Below, piece by piece: positions 31,201 to 43,752 of a stretch of DNA of 64,000 nt; the first letter of the stretch is position 1, and each line of letters starts with the position of its first letter. The notes beneath the pieces were generated by a model. It worked only from the letters and a program-made list of their open reading frames with translations. It did not search any database and was not told where the DNA came from. Source of the stretch: an uncultured delta proteobacterium (GTDB lineage Bacteria > Myxococcota_A > Polyangia > Palsa-1104); contig CAWAWS010000003.1 in NCBI GenBank assembly GCA_963785725.1, positions 352,001-416,000 on the forward strand. The letters are read 5' to 3'. The translations under genes and the position numbers were made by a program.

Positions 31201-31631
31201 CGGTGCCGGCGTTGTACCGCCACCGCCTCTACGTGCGCGACTGGGCCGAAGGCAACACGATCTTGGACATCACGACCGGCAAGAGCGTGGGCAGCTTCAT
31301 CACGACCGTTCCGCCCGCATTCTCCGACGGCATGGGCTACTTCCTGCAGACGGGAACGCTGCGCGGCATCACGACCGACACCAGCACCGTCAAGTGGAGC
31401 TTCGCGGGCGACGGCGCGTTGTCGAGCGCGCCCGTGGTGGCCGGCGGCTATGCGTACATCGGCTCGACGAGCGGCAACCTCTACGCCTTGGATGGCCAAG
31501 GGCACCAGGCGTGGACCACCAAGCTGGCCGCCGGCATCAACTCCCAACCCGAGACGAACTCGATGGCGGTCGCCGAAGGCACCCTCCTCGTCCCGGCCGG
31601 CAACGTCCTGTACGCGTTCGTCGCTCAATAA
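28236..31631 (+). CDS. surface lipoprotein: 8 Ig-like (DUF5018-like) repeats and a PQQ-like beta-propeller
   Basis: Lipobox AVGC; eight ~92-aa repeats (AK.(I/L)T.F...(D/N)FT.P..YTV.A.D.S...YTV); C-terminal propeller blades. Confidence 0.9.
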   Translation: MRLRSLFLSLLFSVSAVGCSGGSGSVDANPPPQSSAKTLTAFSFAKPAATGTISESAKTIAVSLPFGTDVTHLVATFATTGAAVTVGAQAQASGATANDFTHPVVYTVTAADKSTASYTVTVTVATSTAKELTSFFFLSPVATGMIDKTALAVDVSVPFGTDPTKLVAGFTTTGVGVSVGGVAQVSGTTPNDFTQPVIYTVNAADGSSVAYTVTVTVAKNTAKAITAFALAGKSGSNDGVIDEGKKTIAVGFPFGSDVTGLVATFATTGSSVKVSGVEQVSGTTVNDFTQPLVYTVTAADGSSVDYTVTVTVALSSAKALTAFALASGTVKSTGTIDEVNKTIALNFPFGTSVTALVATFATTGVSVKVFGVEQVSGTTTNNFTLPVVYTVTAADGSSAGYTVKVTVAPSSAKAITAFSLAGSVGTIDEPNKAIAVSVPFATDVTTLIATFSTTGAAVAVGQTTQVSGKTANDFTNPVVYTVTAADGSSAAYTVTVTVAKNTAKAITAFSLATGAVTSVGTINEGNKTIVVNPPFGTDVTALVATFTTTGVAVKVGAVVEVSGTTANNFTQPVVYTVTAADGSSVSYTVTVTDGKNPAKAITSFSLAGNIGTIDEPDKAIAVSVPTGTDVTKLVATFTTTGTGVAVNKVQQASGTTVNNFTQPVIYTVSAADGSSVNYTVTVSVVKSTQKAITAFALALGYVKSAGVIDEANKAIAVSFPADIALTNLVATFTTTGVSVAIGSVVQVTGVGGHDFTNPIVYTVTAEDGSSVAYTVTVTNLPVVTPGPTQAPSFRIDAAHTAGQPGETLAPPLQPAWSFDAGEAVSYPLVANGRVFITTSSMVTALDTTTGAVVWGPNALGGGLLHAYDSGRLFVLTSSGLLMALDATSGVQLWSASLPGQLDFGSPPVAADGVVYVNGLESGGTTYAVDGATGNLLWTGGTFDGSDGAVAVGYGGVYESEACSQTTAWWAHDGSQLWHYSTGCTGGGGAVPALYRHRLYVRDWAEGNTILDITTGKSVGSFITTVPPAFSDGMGYFLQTGTLRGITTDTSTVKWSFAGDGALSSAPVVAGGYAYIGSTSGNLYALDGQGHQAWTTKLAAGINSQPETNSMAVAEGTLLVPAGNVLYAFVAQ

Positions 31632-31758
31632 CGCGACCGCAGCATCCGCATGGCCCGACGCCGATCGCGGTCAGCGAAGCTCCGGCGTATCTAAGACAAA
31701 CTAAACCAGCGACGGGCCTTCCGACCGCCGCCCGAAACGGCCTCGCGTCGCCATGCGC

Positions 31759-34626
<2,868 letters not shown>

Positions 34627-34683
34627 GTCAGGCGTTGTAACACGGCGTTCCCTTCGGCTCACCCGCGGCCGAATACCCGCGGC

Positions 34684-34908
34684 GGCCGGCGCAACCGGCC
34701 AGCGCTGGAATGGACGATCGTAATTCCCGATAGGCCGCGACTTTCGAGCGAGCGAAGCTCGCGTCGGCGCGAAGTCGCGCCGGGAGCAGGGAGAGGCCCC
34801 GAATGGGCTTTGCCCATTCGGGGAGGGCGGCACGCCCTCATTGATCGAGGCTAAATCAGGGCGCGATTCTCGAGCGCGAAGCGATCGAGAATTGCGAACC
34901 CTGGTTTA
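34684..34908. other. intergenic multi-hairpin element
   Basis: Five consecutive inverted repeats, including perfect ccccgaatgggc-ttt-gcccattcgggg. Confidence 0.7.
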
Positions 34909-36536
34909 GGTAAAGCTGGGATAGCGCGGCTCGTACGCGTGCTCGCGAATGAGCTTGCTGACGTCGGCCGGCTTGTCGGCGCGCGCCAAGCCACGCGCGA
35001 AGATCAGCTCCGCGACCTTGCTCGCCGTGTTGAGCTCGACCTCGAGGATGTTGGTCTGCGGCGGATAGAGCATGCCCTCGGCGAGCTGCTGCTTGGTCAC
35101 CTGATCGGCCACCGCGCGCGCCGCGACGATGAACATCTCGTCGGTCACCCGCTTGGCCTGGGTCGCGTAGATCGCCATGCCCATCGCCGGGAAGATGTAG
35201 ACGTTGTTGGCCTGCGACGGCATGAGCGTCTGGCCGTCGACGCGCACCGGCGGAAACTGCACGCCCGCCGCGTAGATCGCGCGTCCCTGCGTCCAGCCGT
35301 ACGCCTCTTGCGGCGTGCACTCGGCGTGGTCGGTCGGGTTCGAGAGCGCGAAGATGATCGGCCGCTGATTGATGCGCGCCATCGCGTCGACCACCGCGCG
35401 ATTGAACGCCTTGCCGATGGTGCTGACGCCGATGATCGTGGTCGGCTTGATGGCTTCGATGGCCGCGACGAAGTCTTGGGTCGGCTTCGCCGCGTGCGCG
35501 TAGGGCCGCTGGAAGTCTTCCAAGTCCTTGCGGCTCGGCTCGATGAGGCCGCGCACGTCGAACAGCGAGACGCGCCCGCGCGCCTCCACTTCACTCAGCC
35601 CTTCGGAGCGCATCGCCGACACGATCAGATCGGCGATGCCGATGCCGGCCGAGCCGGCGCCGAGGAACAGCAGCTTCTCGTCGGACAGCTTGCCGCCCTT
35701 GATGCGCACGGCGTTCATGAGACCGGCCAGCGTGACCGAGGCCGTGCCCTGAATGTCGTCGTTGTAGCAGCAGACCTTGTCGCGATAACGCTGCAAGCAG
35801 ATGGACGGCGTCGACGCCGGTCCAATCCTCGAAGTGGATGCAACAGAGCGGAAAGACCTCCTGCACCGCGGCCACGAGCTCGTCGACGAACTGGTACAGC
35901 TCGTCGGTGCGCGGTCGCGTCTGGCGCAAGCCGAGATAGAGCGGATCGCGCAGCGCCTCGTCGTTGTTGGTGCCGGCGTCGAGGAAGAGCGGCATGCAGA
36001 ACCTGCGGCGGGACGGCGGCGGTGGCCGTGTAGAGCTGCAGCTTGCCGATGGGAATGCCCATGCCGTTGGCGCCGATGTCGCCGAGCCCGAGGATGCGAC
36101 CGCCGTCGGTGACGCAGATGACGCGCACGTCCTTCTCCGGCCAGTTGCGCAGCACGTCTTTGACGCGTCCACGCCGCTTGATCGACAGATACATGCCGCG
36201 CGGCCCGCGATAGATGTGACCGAACTTGAGGCACGCCTCGGCGATCGTCGGGTCATACACGATCGGTAGAAAGCGCGCCGGATCGCTCATCAGCACCTTG
36301 TAGAAGAGCGTCTCGTCGTGATCGAGCAGGTTGATGAGATAGACGTAACGCTCGAGGTCGGTCGGCTTATGGCCGAGCTGCTGCATCACGCGCTGGATCT
36401 GCAGCGCCTCGTCCTCGACGACCTCGGGCAAGAGCCCGACGAGGCCGAGCGCTTCGCGCTCCTTTTCGGTGAACGCCGTCGACTTCGACAGCCGCGGATT
36501 CTGCAACAGCTCGGCCCCACGCAGGTTCGTTTTCAT
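34906..36536 (-). CDS. maeA: NAD-dependent malic enzyme; two +1 frameshifts (~36002, ~35796)
   Basis: [41 protein letters not shown] and QANN.YIFP spread over three frames. Confidence 0.9.
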
Positions 36537-37951
36537 CGTCCCAAGCCCTCCTCAGGTGCGGCGACATATGGGTAGACCATCTTGTGTGGATCGACGATTC
36601 GGTCGAACTCCTCGGCGCTGACGAAGCCGAGCGCGAGCGCGGCCTCCTTCAGGCTCAGATCGCGATCGTTGGCGTAGTGCGCGATCTTGGACGCCTTGTC
36701 GTAGCCGATGACCGGTGACAGCGCGGTGACCAACATGAGCGAGCGCTCGAGGAAGCGATCGATCTGCTTGCGATTGGGCTCGGTGCCCGCGATGAGGAAG
36801 CGGCGGAAGTTAGCGCAGCCGTCGGTGAGGATGCGAATGGACTGCATCACGTTGGCGATCATCACCGGCTTGTAGACGTTCATCTCGAGATAGCCCGACG
36901 CGCCGCCGAAGCCGACGGCGACGTCGTTGGCCATGACCTGCACCGCGACCATCGTCAGCGCCTCGCACTGCGTCGGGTTGACCTTGCCCGGCATGATCGA
37001 GGAGCCCGGCTCGTTCTCGGGAATGTCGAGCTCGTGGAAGCCGCAGCGCGGACCGCAGCTCATGAGGCGGATGTCGTTGGCGATCTTGTAGAGCGAGACG
37101 GCGAGCGTCCGCATCGCGCCCGAGAGCATGACGAGCGCGTCGTGCGCGCCCTGCACCGCGAACTTGTTGGGCGCGGGCGCGAACGGCAGCCCGGTCAGGC
37201 GCGCGATCTCGGCGATGGCGGCGGCGGCGAAGCCGGGCTCGGCGTTCAACCCGGTGCCGACGGCCGTGCCGCCGAGCGCCAGCCGCAGCACGGCGGCGAG
37301 CGCGAAGTCGAGGTTCGTCAGGTCTTGGTCGAGCATGGCGGCGTAACCGGACCACTCCTGCCCGAGCGTCACCGGCGTGGCGTCCTGCATGTGCGTGCGG
37401 CCGGTCTTGACGATGTCCTTCCACGCCTCCGCTTTGCGCGCGATCCCGTCACGCAGCGCCGTCAGCGACGGCACGAGACGCTGCTCGGTGGCGACCGCGG
37501 CGGCCACGTACATCGCCGACGGGAACGTGTCGTTCGACGACTGCGACATGTTGACGTGGTCGTTCGGATGCACCGGCGTCTTCGAGCCGAGCGGCGTGCC
37601 GGCGAGCTGACAGCAGCGATTGGAGATGACCTCGTTGACGTTCATGTTGAACTGCGTGCCGCTGCCGGTCATCCACACGTGCAGCGGAAACATGTCGCGG
37701 TGCTCGCCGCGCAGAATCTCCGCGCAGACGCCGACGATCAGATCGCGCTGCCGATCGGTGAGCCGACCGGCCTCGTGGTTGGCGATCGCCGCCGCCTGCT
37801 TGAGCACGGCGTAGGCGTCGATCAGCTCGCGCGGAATGAGGTCGATGCCGATGCTGAAGTGCTCGAGCGAGCGCTGGGTCTGCGCGCCCCACAATTTGTC
37901 GGCGGGCACCGCGACGTCACCGAGGCTGTCGCGCTCGATCCGATTGTCCAT
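36533..37951 (-). CDS. fumC: class II fumarate hydratase
   Basis: [15 protein letters not shown] signature, [15 protein letters not shown]. Confidence 0.97.
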   Translation of the reverse strand: MDNRIERDSLGDVAVPADKLWGAQTQRSLEHFSIGIDLIPRELIDAYAVLKQAAAIANHEAGRLTDRQRDLIVGVCAEILRGEHRDMFPLHVWMTGSGTQFNMNVNEVISNRCCQLAGTPLGSKTPVHPNDHVNMSQSSNDTFPSAMYVAAAVATEQRLVPSLTALRDGIARKAEAWKDIVKTGRTHMQDATPVTLGQEWSGYAAMLDQDLTNLDFALAAVLRLALGGTAVGTGLNAEPGFAAAAIAEIARLTGLPFAPAPNKFAVQGAHDALVMLSGAMRTLAVSLYKIANDIRLMSCGPRCGFHELDIPENEPGSSIMPGKVNPTQCEALTMVAVQVMANDVAVGFGGASGYLEMNVYKPVMIANVMQSIRILTDGCANFRRFLIAGTEPNRKQIDRFLERSLMLVTALSPVIGYDKASKIAHYANDRDLSLKEAALALGFVSAEEFDRIVDPHKMVYPYVAAPEEGLGR

Positions 37952-38174
37952 GGTCAGCGTGAAATAGGCCTCGCGGAAGCGGCGTCCATCCGTCGATGAC
38001 CGGAGCGGCCGCGGCCTTACGACTACCGAGCGTCCTCGATTGCGCGGCGGCGCGCGCCGACCGACATCACAGCGGCTCGGACGGTCAGACCTGCGGCGGC
38101 CAGCCGATGGCGTGGAGGACGTGACCGTGAAGCGCGCCGTTGCTCGCGATTCATCCAATCAATAGGAGAGCGCC

Positions 38175-39020
38175 ATGAAGAAGGTGTTGATTACGGGAGC
38201 GGCCACCGGCTTTGGGTACGGAGTGGCCATGCAGCTGGCGGAGCGCGGCTTCGACGTCATCGCCGCCGTGGAGATTTACGCGCAAGTGCAGCCGCTCAAG
38301 CGCGATGTGGCGGCGCGCGGTCTCAACGTACGCGTGGTGAAGCTCGACGTGACGGACGACGGCGATCGCCGGAAAGCCTTGGCCTGGAACGTCGAGATCC
38401 TGGTGAACAACGCCGGCGTCTTGGAGGGCGGCTCCGTGCTCGACATTCCGGCCAGCAACATGCGGCACGAGTTCGAGGTGAACGTCATTGGGCCGCTGCT
38501 GTTGACCCAGGGCATCGCCAAGCAGATGGTCAAACGCGGCAAAGGCCGCATCGTGTGGGTCTCCTCGCGCGAGGGCATCAACGTCAATCCATTCACCGGA
38601 ATCTACGCCGCCTCGAAGCATGCGATCGAAGCCATCGCCGAGACGATGAGCCTCGAGCTGCAGGAGTTCGGCATCGAAGTGGCCACCGTCAATCCCGGTC
38701 CATTCCTCACCGGCTTCAACGATCGCGGCTTCCAGACCTGGGAGAGCTGGGAGGACGAGCCGTCGGAGCGGCTGTTCGACTACTCGAAGCTGGCGTTTCC
38801 CCGCTCGCAATTCGACCCCGAGATCATGATCGCGACGATGACGAAGGTGGTCGCGGGGGAAATCGACAGCTACCGAAACCTAGAGCCCAAGTCGATGCTG
38901 GAAGAGACGAAGAAGAACATCGAGGCGCCCTGGACCAAGAAGATCAAGGTGGGCCTCGGTACGCGAGCGGCTCAAGTCCAGAAGTGCTACGAGATGAAGC
39001 CCGAGACGCCCGTCAAGTAG
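38175..39020 (+). CDS. short-chain dehydrogenase/reductase
   Basis: TGAATGFG, NNAG, YAASK. Confidence 0.93.
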   Translation: MKKVLITGAATGFGYGVAMQLAERGFDVIAAVEIYAQVQPLKRDVAARGLNVRVVKLDVTDDGDRRKALAWNVEILVNNAGVLEGGSVLDIPASNMRHEFEVNVIGPLLLTQGIAKQMVKRGKGRIVWVSSREGINVNPFTGIYAASKHAIEAIAETMSLELQEFGIEVATVNPGPFLTGFNDRGFQTWESWEDEPSERLFDYSKLAFPRSQFDPEIMIATMTKVVAGEIDSYRNLEPKSMLEETKKNIEAPWTKKIKVGLGTRAAQVQKCYEMKPETPVK

Positions 39021-39097
39021 CGACATCGTAAATTTCGACCGCCGCCGGCGCGACTTCGACCCCGCTAGCTGCTCACTCATGGAGGGGGCTGTCGCGG

Positions 39098-39742
39098 ATG
39101 TCGTGCCAACGTCAACGTTTGTCACTCTTGGGGCGGTGCGCGCTGGGCGTCGCCGCGCTGGCGCTGCTCGGCGGATCGGCGCGCGCCGATGAGGATGTCA
39201 GCGCGGCGCGGCGGCACTTCGAGGCCGGCACGCGCGCCTTCAACGTCGGCGAGTTCGAGAACGCGGCCAAGGAATATCGCGAGGCCTACAAGCTCAAGCC
39301 CGATCCGGCGATTCTGTACAACGTCGCGCAGTCGTATCGGCTGGCGAAGAACGTCGAGCAGGCGCTGTTCTTCTATCGCTCGTATCGCCGTAACGCGAGC
39401 GATCTGTCGCATCGCCGGGAGACGGACGACCGCATTGGCGCGCTCGAGCTGCAGCTTCGGCAGGAGCAGGCGCCACCCAACGACGTCGTCAAGCGCGTGC
39501 CGGCGATCGAGGGCAAGGCGCCCGAGCCGCCGCCGAGCGAGCCGAAGCCGAGCGAGTCGCCACCGGCGACGGCGCAGCTCGACCTCACGACGACGGCGCC
39601 GCCGCCGAAGCCGCCGGTCTATCGAAAGTGGTGGCTCTGGACGACGGCCGGGGTGGTCGTCGTCGGCGCCGGTCTCGGCCTCGGCCTCGGGCTGAAAGCC
39701 GGCGCGCCGAGCACGGCCCTCGGCAATCACAGGGTGTTTTGA
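39098..39742 (+). CDS. TPR protein with signal peptide and C-terminal hydrophobic anchor
   Basis: ARRHFEAG..EY.EAY...P...LYNVAQ; Pro linker; PVYRKWWLW followed by hydrophobic tail. Confidence 0.88.
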   Translation: MSCQRQRLSLLGRCALGVAALALLGGSARADEDVSAARRHFEAGTRAFNVGEFENAAKEYREAYKLKPDPAILYNVAQSYRLAKNVEQALFFYRSYRRNASDLSHRRETDDRIGALELQLRQEQAPPNDVVKRVPAIEGKAPEPPPSEPKPSESPPATAQLDLTTTAPPPKPPVYRKWWLWTTAGVVVVGAGLGLGLGLKAGAPSTALGNHRVF

Positions 39743-42138
39743 TGCGCGCGCTCCTGATTGTGGCGCTGTCGTCGAGCGTCTGCGGCTGCGCGCAAGGAAC
39801 CTTCGTGACGCTGTCGATCGATCAACAGGTGACGACGCCGGCGACGGCGCGCGTGGATTTGCAGTTGGCGCTCGCCGGACGCAGCGCGACGACGACGCTG
39901 GGCGCGCACGGCGGCGCCGCGCTCGTGTTCCCCACGACCGCGTCGCTGCAGATCGGCGCCGGCGCGGGCCCGATGAGCGTGACCGCGATCGCGTATGACG
40001 CGACCGGAAACGAGGTCGATCGCGGCAGCGCCAGCGTCCCGGTGGTCGCGAACGCGGACGCGCGGACGACGTTGACGCTGGGAGGCGCCGGCACGGCGGC
40101 GACCGACATGGCCGGCCTCGGCGACGGCGGCAGCAGCGCCGCCGTCCCCAGCGCGCCGACCAGCGTCACGGCCTCGAGCGGCAACGCGCAAGCGACGGTG
40201 ACGTGGGCGCCGCCGGCGAGCAGCGGCACGAGCGCGATCGCGTCGTACACGGTCGTGTCTGCGCCGGGCGGCGTCACGGTCGAGACGGCCGGCAACGCGA
40301 CGACGGCGACGATCGCCGGCCTGACCAACGGCACGACGTACACGTTCGCCGTCGCCGCCACCAACGCGTCGGGCACCGGACCGGCCGCGGTGTCGAACGG
40401 GGCCACGCCGACGGCGACGCCGATGGTGCCGGCGGCGCCGACCAGCGTCACGGCGACGGCCAATGTCGACTCGGGCGCGACGATCGCGTGGACCGCGTCG
40501 GACAATCACGGCGCGGCGCTGCAAGGCTACTCCATCGTCGCCACGCAGCTGACGGGCACGCTGGCGACGGCGGGTCCGACCGCGACCAGCGCCATCGTCG
40601 GCGGGCTGACGCCGGGCGCGCACTATACGTTCACGATCACGGCCACCAACAGCGTCGGCACGAGCGTCGCGTCGCTGGCGTCGAGCCCGATCACGGCCGC
40701 GACGTCACCGGGCGCGCCGACGGCGGTGAGCGCGGCCGCCAACATTCCCGACGGCGCCACCGTCAGCTGGAAGGCACCGGCGAGCGACGGCTTCGCCAAG
40801 CTCCTCCATTACACCGCCACCGCGTCGCCGGGCGGCATGACCGGCGTGACCGCGGACGGCACGTCGACGTCGGTGCAGGTCAAAGGGCTGACCGCCGGCA
40901 CCGCGTACACCTTCACGGTCGTCGCCACCAACGTCATCGGCGACGGGCCGGCGGCGGGCGCGTCGGCGCCGGTGACGGTGCTGCCGCAGCTGGCGGCGCC
41001 GGCCAACGTCGTCGCCTGCAACATCGGCGGCACGGTGACCGTGCGCTTCGATCCGGTCGCCGGCGCGCTGTCGTACGACGTCTTTTACGGCACGGCCGAG
41101 CCGGCCACGAGCGGCACGAAGGTCAACCTCGCCGCCGGCCCGGCGACGATCACGCTCGCCGCCGGCACCTTCTATTTCGCCGTGGCCGCGGTCAACGGCG
41201 CCGGCGACGGCGTGCCCTCCGCCGATCAAAAAGTCGCCAACGACGGCCAAGTACACGACACCGCCTTCGCGATCTCGGCGAGCGGCGTCGACATCTACGA
41301 CTGCTTCAGCACCATCGCCAGCGGCAGCGCCCCGACGCGCACGATGAACATCGGCATCCCCGGCTTCGGGCCGACCAGCGCCGCCATCGCCGTCGACTCG
41401 GTCAACTCCGTCATCTGGGTCGCCGACTATGCGAGCTACCTGATCGACGGCTGGAACGACGCCAACCTCGTCAACGGCGTCACGAGCACCGCGCCCGACT
41501 ATCAGTTCAGGCAGCTCTACGCGTTCGCCATCGCCATCGACGACGTGCACAAGAAGCTCTACGTCTCGTCGGGATCGACGACCACCATCAGTCGCTACGG
41601 CTACACGACGCCCGACAGCTTGAACGGCACCGTGACCCCCGAGGCCACGTTCAACAGCGGCGCTGACCCGAGCGCGGCGCCGGGCGTCGGCTATGAGCTC
41701 GACGTCAATCGCGCCAACGGCGACTTGTGGGTGGCGTTCGGCGGCGGCGGCGGCTCCGGCGGCGCCGGGCTGTTCCCGGCCGCGCACGACGCCGCCGACA
41801 TGGCCGTGCCGACCAAGCTGTTCAACCTGTCCGCGCAAGGTGGCGCCGTCGGCTATTACGGCCTCACCTACTGGCCGGCGAACGGCGGCACCATCGCCGT
41901 CAGCGACGGCAGCTCGACCCTCTCGTTCCTGACCGGCGTCGACGCGCTCACGGGCGGCAACGTCCCCGCGACGAGCACGCTCAGCGCCTCGCCCGGCGCG
42001 CTGACGAACGGCAACGGGCTCTTCGTCATCGGCGACACGGCGCAAGTGACGGCGTGGAGCGAGTCGAGCTTGACCGGCAACGCGCTCAAGACGCTCACCG
42101 GCGGCCGCACGTACCAGGGTGTCACCTACGTCCCATAG
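39742..42138 (+). CDS. fibronectin type III repeat lipoprotein with C-terminal propeller-like region
   Basis: TGATG coupling to the TPR gene; lipobox VCGC; 3-4 FN3 repeats (W..P...G...Y....GLT.G..YTF.V.ATN..G). Confidence 0.9.
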   Translation: MRALLIVALSSSVCGCAQGTFVTLSIDQQVTTPATARVDLQLALAGRSATTTLGAHGGAALVFPTTASLQIGAGAGPMSVTAIAYDATGNEVDRGSASVPVVANADARTTLTLGGAGTAATDMAGLGDGGSSAAVPSAPTSVTASSGNAQATVTWAPPASSGTSAIASYTVVSAPGGVTVETAGNATTATIAGLTNGTTYTFAVAATNASGTGPAAVSNGATPTATPMVPAAPTSVTATANVDSGATIAWTASDNHGAALQGYSIVATQLTGTLATAGPTATSAIVGGLTPGAHYTFTITATNSVGTSVASLASSPITAATSPGAPTAVSAAANIPDGATVSWKAPASDGFAKLLHYTATASPGGMTGVTADGTSTSVQVKGLTAGTAYTFTVVATNVIGDGPAAGASAPVTVLPQLAAPANVVACNIGGTVTVRFDPVAGALSYDVFYGTAEPATSGTKVNLAAGPATITLAAGTFYFAVAAVNGAGDGVPSADQKVANDGQVHDTAFAISASGVDIYDCFSTIASGSAPTRTMNIGIPGFGPTSAAIAVDSVNSVIWVADYASYLIDGWNDANLVNGVTSTAPDYQFRQLYAFAIAIDDVHKKLYVSSGSTTTISRYGYTTPDSLNGTVTPEATFNSGADPSAAPGVGYELDVNRANGDLWVAFGGGGGSGGAGLFPAAHDAADMAVPTKLFNLSAQGGAVGYYGLTYWPANGGTIAVSDGSSTLSFLTGVDALTGGNVPATSTLSASPGALTNGNGLFVIGDTAQVTAWSESSLTGNALKTLTGGRTYQGVTYVP

Positions 42139-42206
42139 ACGATCAATCACGCCAGGAGCGCGCGTTCGACCGTTGCAATTGCACCGAAATTTCATGCTCA
42201 CGACCA

Positions 42207-42401
42207 ATGGGGATGGGCTACGACAGCGTCTGGAGCGCCGGCGGCGACGGGCTGTGGCACTCGGGCGACGCCGGCGCCAACTGGCAGGCGGTGCCGCTGC
42301 CGATCCCATGGTCGGGGCCGCATCCGGCAATTCAGGTGCGCTCCGACGGCCGCGGCGGCCTGCTCATCGTCGGTGGCGGCGTGCTCATGCACGGCCAGTA
42401 G
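42207..42401 (+). pseudogene. possible fragment of a BNR/YCF48-like propeller gene
   Basis: SVWSAGGDGLWHSGDAGANW Asp-box-like blade in a 64-aa ORF with no SD or signal peptide. Confidence 0.35.
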
Positions 42402-42477
42402 CACCTCCTTCGACCGGGTTATTCTCTCGTTTATTTGCGCTCACCGTGAGAGCTGCAATCGTAGACGGGAGGTGGAC

Positions 42478-42768
42478 ATGTCGAGCAAAAGCTATGACGG
42501 CGTCACGCAGGCGGTCTGGGAGTGCGTCAAGCTCAACAGCATTGCCAAGAACGGCGCGAGCTACGACCCGCCCGACGGCACGGAGGGCACGGTGACGATC
42601 CCGACGCCGGTCGGGACGGTGGTGTTGGAGTTCGCGCTCGACCCGGCGGCGAGCACGGTGACCTACACGATCAAGAGCAAGCCGCTGCTGGTGCCGGAGT
42701 CGGCGATGTGGAGCGGCATCGGCGACAGCATCGACGCCTGCATCAAGAGCAGCGGCGGCGGCGGCTGA
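42478..42768 (+). CDS. small hypothetical protein
   Basis: GGAGGT SD; typical codon usage; globular composition. Confidence 0.8.
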   Translation: MSSKSYDGVTQAVWECVKLNSIAKNGASYDPPDGTEGTVTIPTPVGTVVLEFALDPAASTVTYTIKSKPLLVPESAMWSGIGDSIDACIKSSGGGG

Positions 42769-42906
42769 GCTGGCCGCAGACGCACAGGATGGCGTCAGCA
42801 CGGCGACGACGTAGAGGCCGCTTTCGATCCTGAGCCATGCGCGCAATCTAGCGCAGAAGGGCGGACGCAGCACCAGCCCGACGGCGCGAGCGCGCGCGGC
42901 CGCCGG

Positions 42907-43554
42907 CTACATCTTGGTCGCGGCCGGGGCGTTGAGCGCGACCGTGCACTGGCCGATGTCGACCGAACCCTTCGCGGCGACCGTGCCCGTCATGCCGTCG
43001 CTCGTCGTCATGGAGGCGCTGCTGGGCGTGACGGTGAGGTTGATTCCCATGACCGTGATCATGCAGGTCTGGCCGGGCACGAGCGTGGCCGTGTCGCCGG
43101 CGACGGCGAAGTCGAAGTTGCAGTTGAGCGCGGCGCCGCCCTCGAAGGTGATCGTGTCGGCCGACTTGAGCGTCACCGTGAAGGTATCGGCGGATATATC
43201 GGTCGACGGCGGCTCGGTCAGACAGCTCGACGTCGTCGCCACGGCGCCGGCGCCGTAGGTCCAGGTGCCGACGAACTTCGACGCGTCGCCGAGGACGACC
43301 ATGTCCGGCGACGCGGTCACGCCGCCACCGCCGCCGTTCGCGCCGCCACCGCCGCCGCCGTTCGCGCCGCCGCCCGCCATGTCCGTCGACGACGCCGAGC
43401 CGCCCGTCGCCATGTCGGACGAGCCCGATCCCTGATTGCCGTTGCCACCGGTTCCGCCGGTTTTCGAAGCGCTGTTGCTACAGCCGAGGCCCGCGAGGGC
43501 GAAAATCAATGCACCGAATGAACAGGCGACCGTGCGCCCCATTTTAGCGGCCAT
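42907..43554 (-). CDS. hypothetical lipoprotein (lipocalin-like beta domain)
   Basis: AAGGAGGT SD; lipobox GLGC; Gly linker; FVGTW motif. Confidence 0.8.
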   Translation of the reverse strand: MAAKMGRTVACSFGALIFALAGLGCSNSASKTGGTGGNGNQGSGSSDMATGGSASSTDMAGGGANGGGGGGANGGGGGVTASPDMVVLGDASKFVGTWTYGAGAVATTSSCLTEPPSTDISADTFTVTLKSADTITFEGGAALNCNFDFAVAGDTATLVPGQTCMITVMGINLTVTPSSASMTTSDGMTGTVAAKGSVDIGQCTVALNAPAATKM

Positions 43555-43752
43555 AGGCCACCTCCTTCTGCGACTCGGCGCACCCTAACATCGCCGTCGA
43601 CACCGCCACAATCGTCGAGATCGACAAGATCGCGACTGCTCACTCGTATGTGCACTCACGATCAATCGATCGACCCGATCCACAGCCGAACAGGCGCGCA
43701 TTCGCGCTACCTACCCACGCGAACCGTCCGGCTGAGGCTCTTCGTCGTCCAC

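Noticed and set aside
28251..31628. 1125-aa minus-strand ORF, and similar long antisense or alternate-frame ORFs (15817..17607, 17250..19766, 31924..34512, most of 53469..55928)
   Set aside because: Shadows of real high-GC genes; Arg/Gly/Asp-rich with no motifs, explained by codon bias.
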